A DNA stretch of 64,000 nt from an uncultured delta proteobacterium (GTDB lineage: Bacteria; Myxococcota; B64-G9): contig CAVWHX010000003.1 of the NCBI GenBank assembly GCA_963754925.1, positions 160,001 to 224,000 on the forward strand, in the 5' to 3' direction. The first letter of the stretch is position 1; each line of letters opens with the position of its first letter. Below the pieces are notes generated by a model. The model saw only the letters and a program-made list of their open reading frames with translations, made no database searches and was not told the DNA's origin. The translations under genes and the position numbers were made by a program. Positions 52,108 to 60,322 of the stretch are shown piece by piece.

Positions 52108-52707
52108 TGACCACGTTACATCGAAAACTGCTATGTGATCTTTTCCGGAATGTTTGGTCAGGGTGACCATTGGCAAGATGTTAGCGGTCCTCAGGGTGGC
52201 GTAGATGGCGCCCGCGACAGTCAAAAGATACGCCCGGTTGTCAGCTATAATTTCGGGCAAATGATTAATGGTGATTACAAGGTGTTTGGGAGACGGGTTG
52301 AATAATAGCATCTCACCGCAATTTTTGTAGACGAGTTTCCAAAATTGGGAGGTCAAGGTTGCCATGGTCGTGGGTTGCATTTTCAATAGACGCAGAGAAG
52401 AAACTAATAAGCGACCTAAAGTAGAATTGTCCATACTCCGACCAAAAGATTCCTTCGACAAACGGAACGCACCATCCTCCCCCGTACAGGAGGAAATATG
52501 ATTGTTGATTTCAACAGCAAGCGCCACGGGCACCCAGTCGTGACCCTTACCCTCATACAGTTTAGAAAGAATTTGAGAAGGTATTTTTTCTAATATCTTG
52601 CGATATATTTCTCTACCAAAAACGCGCTCGGCGGTTTCCAGTCGTTTGATGATTTGACTGCGGCGCATGACTGGGAGACTTTCGGCAACAAATTCGCCGA
52701 TTGGCAT
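52105..52707 (-). CDS. Hypothetical protein, TIGR02265/DUF2378-like (divergent paralog 4)
   Basis: Same length and pattern as the other paralogs: FG.E.Y.KIL, DWVP, C-terminal FDVTWS. Confidence 0.5.
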   Translation of the reverse strand: MPIGEFVAESLPVMRRSQIIKRLETAERVFGREIYRKILEKIPSQILSKLYEGKGHDWVPVALAVEINNHISSCTGEDGAFRLSKESFGRSMDNSTLGRLLVSSLRLLKMQPTTMATLTSQFWKLVYKNCGEMLLFNPSPKHLVITINHLPEIIADNRAYLLTVAGAIYATLRTANILPMVTLTKHSGKDHIAVFDVTWS

Positions 52708-52841
52708 ATGCAACCCCCCTTTTTGTAATCCTAACACTAACATTTTTTAGAGAAGCTTCCAACAAAAGATCCGCTCCTACCCATCCTGCTTACCCCAAAA
52801 CAGGTGCGAAATAGGTGCCAGCCTCATGAATCCCCAAAACA

Positions 52842-52898
52842 TGTGTCACCCGTTTATAATACTATTTTATTACAATTGGTTGCGGATCGGGTGGCACC
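52842..52898 (+). repeat. ~57-bp junction element, copy D
   Basis: TGTGTCACCC-37nt-GGGTGGCACC. Confidence 0.8.
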
Positions 52899-52925
52899 TA
52901 GGGCTAGGGCCAGTGAATTATTTTT

Positions 52926-52956
52926 GATGGGTTACGCTTCGCTTCACCCATCCTAC
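52926..52956 (-). repeat. GTAG-type REP (copy 3)
   Basis: GATGGGTTACGCTTCGCTTCACCCATCCTAC. Confidence 0.8.
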
Positions 52957-52983
52957 CCACCTAAGACAGTGGTAGGGAACAAG

Positions 52984-53535
52984 ATGTTTTCATTGACCAG
53001 AATGGCATGCATGATGGCGTTGGCCATGATATGTTTCCATTGTCAGAACAAGGAATCGACAATGGATAAAAGAGATGTCCCTGCATTCCGCGAGCTTCGG
53101 AGCCGGGTCTTCAGCTTGAATCCTGAAAAACTTGGGATCTCCATCACTAACAAAAACGCGGTCTTTGGCGTGGTCATGGATACCGGCTATTCGGTCGGCT
53201 GGGCCACGTTAGTCGCCTTTGCAGACGGCACCGCCAGTCTCTATCTTTCCAACGGAGGTGGCGTCATGGGAGGCGCGGCCCACGAAACAGTATGTAAGGC
53301 TGCGATCGCCATGACCAAAGCGGCAGATAGGTATGTGGATCAAACCACAATCACCGAGTCTACCCCGCTGCCAACGTCTGGAAACGTAACCTTTTACCTT
53401 CTCACGACAAACGTAATTCGAGCGGCAACAGCCAAAGAAGATGACTTGGGAGAACAGCGGCACGCTCTCTCTCCGCTCTTCAATGCCGGCCAAGAGGTAA
53501 TCACACAACTCAGGCTCATATCAGAGAATAAATGA
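52984..53535 (+). CDS. Hypothetical protein, possibly exported
   Basis: Open frame between two REPs; GVVMDTG, ADGTASLYLSNGGG. Confidence 0.65.
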   Translation: MFSLTRMACMMALAMICFHCQNKESTMDKRDVPAFRELRSRVFSLNPEKLGISITNKNAVFGVVMDTGYSVGWATLVAFADGTASLYLSNGGGVMGGAAHETVCKAAIAMTKAADRYVDQTTITESTPLPTSGNVTFYLLTTNVIRAATAKEDDLGEQRHALSPLFNAGQEVITQLRLISENK

Positions 53536-53567
53536 AACATCGAATCATTGCTTGCAGTCGAAGTTTT

Positions 53568-53595
53568 GATGGGTTGCGCTTCGTGCCACCCATTC
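53568..53595 (-). repeat. Degenerate GTAG-type REP (copy 4)
   Basis: GATGGGTTGCGCTTCGTGCCACCCATTC. Confidence 0.65.
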
Positions 53596-53659
53596 GTGCC
53601 CTTGAGTGAAGAATTACACCTTCACCTCCCGGCACTGAAATCGCGCTTTTTTCGACATC

Positions 53660-53917
53660 CTAACCGGTGCGTAGTTTTTTTGCACGTCCAGCCGAGCGCT
53701 TTCGCAGGTTAGCTGATTTTTGAGCAACATGGATAAGCGATCTGAGCGCCTCATTGACCGCTTCCTCGGTAGTGAAGACTTTTGCCACGTCAGGACTGAG
53801 AAGCACTAGATTTGTGCCTTTTTGGTAAGATTCAAAATACTTGCCGCGAATTCCCTTGCCTAAGTCTTCCCGCCGGTACTCAGGACGAAGTTCATCGGAT
53901 TTTTTAGCCTTCTTCAT
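53660..53917 (-). CDS. BrnA-like antitoxin
   Basis: DELRPEY..G.RGKY, LSPDVAKVF..AVNEALR; downstream of brnT. Confidence 0.8.
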   Translation of the reverse strand: MKKAKKSDELRPEYRREDLGKGIRGKYFESYQKGTNLVLLSPDVAKVFTTEEAVNEALRSLIHVAQKSANLRKRSAGRAKKLRTG

Positions 53918-54176
53918 AGATTTCCCTCTCTTTGCGGCTCATAAGACGCGCACTTATAATTCTTGTTCGGCCTTCACGCTCCGAATGAGAGACAACGAGT
54001 AACCGCTTTCGACCTGACAGCCCAAAAGTAATATATCGTTCTTCATTTGTGGAGCGATCCGGGTCTTCAAACGTAATAGCCAAGGGATCCCCAAATACCG
54101 CCGCTGCTTCCTTAAAGGTTACACCATGTTTTCTGGCATTTGTAACAGCTTTTTGAGGGTCCCACTCAAAATCCAT
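53904..54176 (-). CDS. brnT: BrnT-family toxin
   Basis: FEWDPQKA..N.RKHGVTF, EERY, RIISAR. Confidence 0.93.
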   Translation of the reverse strand: MDFEWDPQKAVTNARKHGVTFKEAAAVFGDPLAITFEDPDRSTNEERYITFGLSGRKRLLVVSHSEREGRTRIISARLMSRKEREIYEEG

Positions 54177-54449
54177 ACCTGGCCTCCCGGTGGCATACTA
54201 TAACAGAAGTAGTACAAAATATTTGCAAGTTTTAATCCAAGGAGGTGCACACTTCGTCTTCTCTATCTCAAGTCGGTAATTCAAACTGAGTTTCGGATCG
54301 GTTAGCACCTCCGTAGGGGGCTCATAGATTGATACCTCCTTTTTTCCTCTCTTGAGAATAATCTTGAGGCAATTTGGCATGCTCATTATAATCCCCTGAT
54401 ACCGGGTTAGGCTAGCAGCGATAGCCAAAATCTTAAGGGACGGTGATGT

Positions 54450-55220
54450 ATGAAGATACAGCATATTCGAAATGCATGCATGATTATTCATTACCACGAG
54501 CATAGAATTTTAGTGGATCCCTGCCTAAACCGAAAAGGCACCTTGCCGCCGTATACCGTTTTCCGCAAGAAGCCTCGGCTTAACCCTATTGTCGATTTAC
54601 CCCCAAACTCGGAATCAGCATTAAATCAGATAACATCCGGACTCATTACCCATTGCCGCTATGGCCATTTTGATCATCTTGACAAATCGGGAGCTCGCCT
54701 GTTGGCGCAGAAACAGGTTCCGGTATATTGTAGCGAGCGCGATGAGCCGCATTTGAGACGACGCCGGATCAATACCATCCCCCTAAAAATTAACCAGAGA
54801 AATAAATTTCTGACGGGGAGTATTACCCCCTTTCCCACGGCGCATGGTTACGGTTTAATCGGTGCGTTCATGGGGCCGGGAACAGGATATTTTATTGAAC
54901 TGGCGGGAGAAAAAACTGTTTACATCAGCGGCGATACGGTACTGACTCAAACGGTTCGTCATGTACTCAAGGACCTTCGGCCTGATATTTCAATATTGAA
55001 TGCAGGAACGGCAACCCTGGATATCGGCAGACCCATTCTTATGCCTCTCAATGAGCAGCTGGATTTCATAAGAACCGCGCCGGGTACGGTCATTGCCGTG
55101 CATTTGGATGCCTTCAATCACTGTTTAACCAGCCGCGCCACTCTGAGAGAGGCTGTTTCAAAAGAAGGGTTATCCGATACCGTGGTGATTCCGAACGATG
55201 GGGAAATAATCGACTATTGA
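54450..55220 (+). CDS. MBL-fold metallo-hydrolase
   Basis: IRNA, LVDP, THC..GHFDHLD, YISGDT, VHLDAFNHC. Confidence 0.88.
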   Translation: MKIQHIRNACMIIHYHEHRILVDPCLNRKGTLPPYTVFRKKPRLNPIVDLPPNSESALNQITSGLITHCRYGHFDHLDKSGARLLAQKQVPVYCSERDEPHLRRRRINTIPLKINQRNKFLTGSITPFPTAHGYGLIGAFMGPGTGYFIELAGEKTVYISGDTVLTQTVRHVLKDLRPDISILNAGTATLDIGRPILMPLNEQLDFIRTAPGTVIAVHLDAFNHCLTSRATLREAVSKEGLSDTVVIPNDGEIIDY

Positions 55221-55314
55221 AAAAAATAAATGTATACCGCAGATGCGGCTCGAGACTCTAATGAAAGTAGAAAACAGAGGCTGCGTTCCTATAACCAGAA
55301 CGAGGAGGTCTATC

Positions 55315-55791
55315 ATGAACCGGTACATGTCGCTTTTTCTTCCCGCCCTGTTTGGCCTAATCCTTCAAACGTCCTTGGCCCAAGCCAAGGAACCAGGACC
55401 GGAACCGGGAAAGTTTCTTCACGAACTCAACTTTACGCCGCAGCAACATAAACAAATGGCAGAGTTGAAGCTCGCCGAGAAGAAATTGGTTGCTCCGGCC
55501 AAAGCGGAACTGTCGATCAAAAAGTCGGAATTGAAAATCTTGTGGATGAGCGACACACCCAACCGCAAGGAACTATTGGCCAAACAAGATGAAATCGCCG
55601 CCCTCCACAAGAAGATCCAAGAGGCAAAAGTGGATTTCCGATTGGGCATGCTGAAAATTCTCACCCCCGAACAGCAGAAGAGAGTGCGTGAAATGATGTT
55701 TATGCGCCATCTTCGCAAGCACTTCGGAGCTCAAAAAGGTTGTGAAGGAGGTCCCGGCCATTTCGGCCATGACATGGGCGGAGAAATGTAA
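55315..55791 (+). CDS. Spy/CpxP-family periplasmic protein
   Basis: GAGGAGG RBS, signal peptide, LNFTPQQ and LTPEQQ (LTxxQ) motifs. Confidence 0.82.
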   Translation: MNRYMSLFLPALFGLILQTSLAQAKEPGPEPGKFLHELNFTPQQHKQMAELKLAEKKLVAPAKAELSIKKSELKILWMSDTPNRKELLAKQDEIAALHKKIQEAKVDFRLGMLKILTPEQQKRVREMMFMRHLRKHFGAQKGCEGGPGHFGHDMGGEM

Positions 55792-56026
55792 TTACGGTCA
55801 CTACCTCTCATAACGCAGTATCCCCCTTCCCTTCTTAGCGTATTTCTTTTCATCGTGGAAAATCTAACTTAGTACTCTTCAATGGGGGATACTGCTTCGC
55901 TTCCGTCCTTACTAACTATTTCATTTTTATCTGATCCATTTTTTGATAGGTTGTCGTGCCGCGAGCTTTTGTTTTCGGCTGCTTGGAACCGTAGTGGTCG
56001 GTGCTCGCCGTTGGTTTTTTTACTAG

Positions 56027-57074
56027 ATGAATCGTATGGACACAATCGACATTCGATCGCTTACGTTCGAACAACTCGAACACTGGATCACGCAGCGCCG
56101 TCAGCCTGCCTTCCACGGGCGCCAGATCTTTCGCTGGCTGCACGCCCGCTGTGCGGCCGTTTATGCCGAGATGAGCGACCTTTCAAAGACGTTGCGGGCC
56201 GAGCTCGAACGCGATGCGCCGCTGCGACCGATCGAGATCGTCGATGAAGTGCAGGCCGAGGACGGAACGATTAAGTTTGGTTTCAACCTCTCCGACGACC
56301 AAAAAATCGAAGGGGTCTTTATCCCTGAGGCGGAACGGCGGACGCTCTGCGTCTCCACCCAGGTCGGCTGCGGAATGGCATGCGCGTTTTGCGCCACGGG
56401 GTTAATGGGCTTGCGTCGTAATCTTTCGGCCGGCGAGATCGTGGGGCAGGTGGAAGCGGTGACGCGCAAACTGAAAGGACCGGATCGCGCCCATCCGATT
56501 AGCAATGTTGTCTTTATGGGCATGGGCGAGCCGCTCGCCAACCTTGAGGCGGTGATTGCCGCGGTGCAGATCCTGCTGAACCCCAACGGCATGGGCATTT
56601 CGCGCCGGCGCCTGACGGTATCCACGGCCGGCCTGGCGGACGCCATGGAGGAATTCGTTCAACGGGCGCCGGTTAAGCTTCGCGGTATCGCTCAACGCAA
56701 CCAACGATGAGCTGCGCGATCGGATTATGCCCATCAACCGGCGTTTTCCGATAGCCAAGGTGATCGAGAGCTGCCGCCGCCTGCCGCTCAAGCGCGGCGA
56801 ACGGATCACGTTTGAATACGTTCTCTTATGCGGCCAGAACGACAGCGCCGATCATGCGCGGCAATTGATCAGGCTCCTGCGCGGCATTCGAGCGAAGGTC
56901 AACCTCATCCCGTTCAACCCGTTTCCGGGGTTGCCGTTTGAGCGCCCCGACGAGGGCGTGGTAGAGGAATTTCGCCGCATCCTTGACGAAGCCGACGTGA
57001 GCGCTTTTATACGCCGCAGTCGCGGCGATTCCCTGCGGGCCGCCTGCGGTCAGTTGGTGGGGCAGGCTCGATGA
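56027..57074 (+). CDS. rlmN: 23S rRNA/tRNA m2A methyltransferase RlmN (extra base near 56680)
   Basis: STQVGCGMACAFC, FMGMGEP, FEYVL, NLIPFNP, AACGQL; the two ORFs join as VKLAVSLNA. Confidence 0.93.
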
Positions 57075-57158
57075 AAAAAGATTCGTTGGATTTAGGTGAA
57101 AGATGGCATACGGTGTCGCAAACCGGGAGACCTCAACAACCCATCCAGGGGAACGACC

Positions 57159-58019
57159 ATGAAGAAGGCAACGCTGGGCATCATTGGCGGCAGTGGGCTG
57201 TACGACATAGAAGGGCTTACCGGCACAAAGCTCAAAAAGATTGATACCCCGTTCGGCAAGCCTTCCGGCCCGTATTTAATCGGCGTATTGCAGGGCACGC
57301 CGGTCGTATTTCTGCCGAGGCACGGCCCCAAGCATACGCTGTTACCCTCGGAAATAAATTTTCGCGCGAACCTGCATGGTTTTCGCCAGCTCGGCGTGCG
57401 CCATTTGTTGTCGGTCTCGGCGGTGGGCAGCCTCAAGGAAACGATTCACCCAGGGGATCTGGTGTTGCCGACGCAGTTTTTCGATCGCACCAAGGATCGA
57501 CCAAGTACGTTTTTTGGCGATGGCGTGGTGGCGCACGTAGGGTTTGGCGATCCGGTGTGTCGGGTGATGGTGGAGATGATTGCTGCGATTCTGAAGCAGA
57601 TGGAGCTGCCTTTTCATCGTGGCGGCACCTATGTGTGTATGGAAGGACCGATGTTTTCGACTCGATCGGAATCGCTGTTCTATCGAAGCCTGGGCGCGGA
57701 TGTGATCGGCATGACCAATCTGCCCGAGGCAAAGCTCGCCCGCGAGGCGGAAATGTGTTACGCATCGCTGGCCCTCGCCACGGATTACGACTGTTGGCAT
57801 GTATCCGAGGAAAGCGTGTCGGCCGGCGCGGTCCTTGAAGTCATGCGCACCAACATCGCCAACACCCGGAAGGTCATACGGCAACTGGCGCAGGACTTTC
57901 CCCCGTCGCACCCCTGCGGCTGCCAGCGCGCCCTGGAAGGCGCAATGGTCACCAACGCGCGCAACATCCCGTTAAAGACCAAACAGCGATTGAAGTTGCT
58001 CGCTGGTCGCTTTTTTTGA
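57159..58019 (+). CDS. mtnP: S-methyl-5'-thioadenosine phosphorylase
   Basis: GIIGGSGLY, PRHG, SAVGSL, EGPMFSTRSES, GMTNLPEAKLARE, TDYDCW. Confidence 0.93.
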   Translation: MKKATLGIIGGSGLYDIEGLTGTKLKKIDTPFGKPSGPYLIGVLQGTPVVFLPRHGPKHTLLPSEINFRANLHGFRQLGVRHLLSVSAVGSLKETIHPGDLVLPTQFFDRTKDRPSTFFGDGVVAHVGFGDPVCRVMVEMIAAILKQMELPFHRGGTYVCMEGPMFSTRSESLFYRSLGADVIGMTNLPEAKLAREAEMCYASLALATDYDCWHVSEESVSAGAVLEVMRTNIANTRKVIRQLAQDFPPSHPCGCQRALEGAMVTNARNIPLKTKQRLKLLAGRFF

Positions 58020-58318
58020 TATATTCTGAAGTCGGGGGATCGAATAACTCTAGGGGAAGTCAACCATGATACCCGCATGGTTTTTTGGCGTTTGATGCCG
58101 GGATGGTTGCCTATTTTTCTTGTCGGTTCTTGGGGTTCCTAACCATAAGAAATAATAGCACATTAGGCCAACAGGGGGCGCAACCGGGAGCAAAGATCTT
58201 GTCAAAGAATACGTTGGGTGTGATAATTAAAAGTTGAGAAAAATCAAAGTGCTGTTGCACCTGTTGAAATAGATCCGGTCGGCCGCGTTGGACGTATAAG
58301 TAGGTGAGGAACATTCGA

Positions 58319-60310
58319 ATGAAATTCAGATGTGATCAGTGCAACGCCCAATATATGATTGCGGATGAGAAAGTTGGCAAGAAAGGGGTCAAAGTCCGCT
58401 GCAAGAAGTGTGGTTTCGTCATCATCATTCGTCCTAACGTCGAGGATGAAGTCAAACCCACGATTGCCGAGGGTGATGAAGAAGATGACCAGGAGCTTGG
58501 ACAGTTTGCCAACAAGTTGCTGAATGACGGAGAGGATCAGGATGACGAGACCGATATGGATCGACAGTCCACGCGCTTGTTCAGCGTCGAGGAAATACGG
58601 CGCGTTCAGGCCGAGAGGGTCCAAGCTTCGTTAGAAGCCGTCGAGCGCCGAGAGATATCCACTATTGACCAGCAGAAACCGGCGGTTTTGGGGGACGAGC
58701 CAGACCTGGCGCGGCAAACCGACCATTCCAGCTTGCTGGCTGAAGGAGAACCAGAACGTTTGGAATGGTACGTCGCGATCAATGACCAACAAATTGGTCC
58801 GGTCAGCCTGGGCGAATTGTCCAAACGCAGAGAACGGGGAGAACTCGGTCCCGACACCTTGGTCTGGAAGGCCGGGTTGGATGATTGGATGCCGGTGAGG
58901 GCGTTGGATGAGCTGCACGACTTCATGACCACGCCGACGAGTAGTTCAGTCCCAGAAACGCAGCGTGGGGAGACCGCTCCCGATCAACAGGAGCCGATTC
59001 AAATCGGGTGGGTTGCCGAAGACGCTAAGAGTCCCGAGACGGTTGACTTTAGCGCTCGCGAGACGGCGTACGACACCGCCGTCGATCAAACATCCGCCTC
59101 AGAGTCGGTGGGGATGGATCTGGATTGGAAGCCGACGGCCATCTCGGTGCTGCGCTCTCTTGCCGATGAGGAGTTAGCCTCCTTACGGCCGATGGACCCG
59201 GAACCAGAAGTGGAAACGCCTCCCCCCGCAGAAACGTCCTCAACGGAAAAGGTCGAGGGAGCGCCGGCAGCGGGAGTCGGCGCGGGCGGCGGTTCGATCA
59301 TCGAACAGATCAAAGCCGAGGACGCCGCGGCGCTTCGGTCGGCCGAGCAAAAACACGCAGAGGCCGAGCCGCATGCGGCCGCGACCGCCGTCCCGGCGGC
59401 TCAAACGCCGCACCCGGATGAAAAAATCCCCGCTCGGCGGGGACCGATTCCGGAACGTCAGGCATATCCCCCGGAACCCTACCCTTCTCACCGAGCTTCA
59501 ATTCCTAATTGGTTGGTGGGGATGCTTGCAACCAGCGGTTTGGTAATCGTGATCTTGCTTGGCGTTATCGCCTACCGGCTCCTTGAGAGTCCGCGCACCC
59601 CGCCGTCGCCCATCGCGGAAAATCAGCCGTCGCCGCCGTCTGCGGGCATGCAACCTGCTTCGGCCGCTCCGAACGCGGGTCAACCCAACCAGCAACCCCC
59701 ACCGGCGGCTGGGTCCAGCGCGGTTGGTACTGCATCGAATCAACCGCCGCCCAACCTCGGCACGGCCAGCGCAGGAACGCAGCCTCTATCGCCAAACGAG
59801 GCTGGCGCCTCCCAGAAACTCATCACTATCGAGAAGGCGAGGAACCGTCCTGCAGCCCCGGCCAGGCCCCCCCGGGCGGCTGAAGATGCGCCAAAGGTCG
59901 CCGAACGAACCAAGACCCGTGAAGAACCGCCTCCGCCGACGCAAGATTCATCCCGGAACAAGGGAGATGTGCTCGACTTTGGCGATGAGGGGACCAAACC
60001 AATCGTCAAGGTGGCCGGGGACAAACCCAAGGAACTCCCGCCCCTCAGCAATGTGGACGTGATGGACGTGATGCGCAAACATATGTCTGAGTTTCAGGCC
60101 TGCAGTCAAAAAGACTCTTCGGTAAAAGGCAAGATGATGGTCAGTTTCGTCATCGTCAACGACGGCACCGTTTCCAAGGTTTCAACCCTTTCGGACGAGT
60201 TCAAGGGCTCTGGGTTTTCAGAATGCATCAGCGCGCTGATAAAGAACATTCGTTTCCCCAAATCCGGGGGTGAGCCGAAAACCGTACCGTTCCCGTTTAC
60301 CGTCAAATAA
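58319..60310 (+). CDS. GltJ/AgmX-like gliding motility protein (Zn finger + GYF_2 + TM + TonB-C-like)
   Basis: CDQC..CKKC, WYVAIND.QIGP..LVWKAGLDDW, single TM, Pro-rich linker, C-terminal FP...VPFPF. Confidence 0.75.
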   Translation: MKFRCDQCNAQYMIADEKVGKKGVKVRCKKCGFVIIIRPNVEDEVKPTIAEGDEEDDQELGQFANKLLNDGEDQDDETDMDRQSTRLFSVEEIRRVQAERVQASLEAVERREISTIDQQKPAVLGDEPDLARQTDHSSLLAEGEPERLEWYVAINDQQIGPVSLGELSKRRERGELGPDTLVWKAGLDDWMPVRALDELHDFMTTPTSSSVPETQRGETAPDQQEPIQIGWVAEDAKSPETVDFSARETAYDTAVDQTSASESVGMDLDWKPTAISVLRSLADEELASLRPMDPEPEVETPPPAETSSTEKVEGAPAAGVGAGGGSIIEQIKAEDAAALRSAEQKHAEAEPHAAATAVPAAQTPHPDEKIPARRGPIPERQAYPPEPYPSHRASIPNWLVGMLATSGLVIVILLGVIAYRLLESPRTPPSPIAENQPSPPSAGMQPASAAPNAGQPNQQPPPAAGSSAVGTASNQPPPNLGTASAGTQPLSPNEAGASQKLITIEKARNRPAAPARPPRAAEDAPKVAERTKTREEPPPPTQDSSRNKGDVLDFGDEGTKPIVKVAGDKPKELPPLSNVDVMDVMRKHMSEFQACSQKDSSVKGKMMVSFVIVNDGTVSKVSTLSDEFKGSGFSECISALIKNIRFPKSGGEPKTVPFPFTVK

Positions 60311-60322
60311 GAATAGTTCGAG

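Noticed and set aside
47937..53600. CRISPR array or classical integron interpretation of the repeats
   Set aside because: Spacing is gene-sized and irregular, there is no cas or intI gene, and the repeats lack the RYYYAAC/GTTRRRY attC structure
54198..54503. 101-aa minus-strand ORF upstream of brnT
   Set aside because: Overlaps the start of the MBL gene head-to-head, with no RBS or recognisable motif
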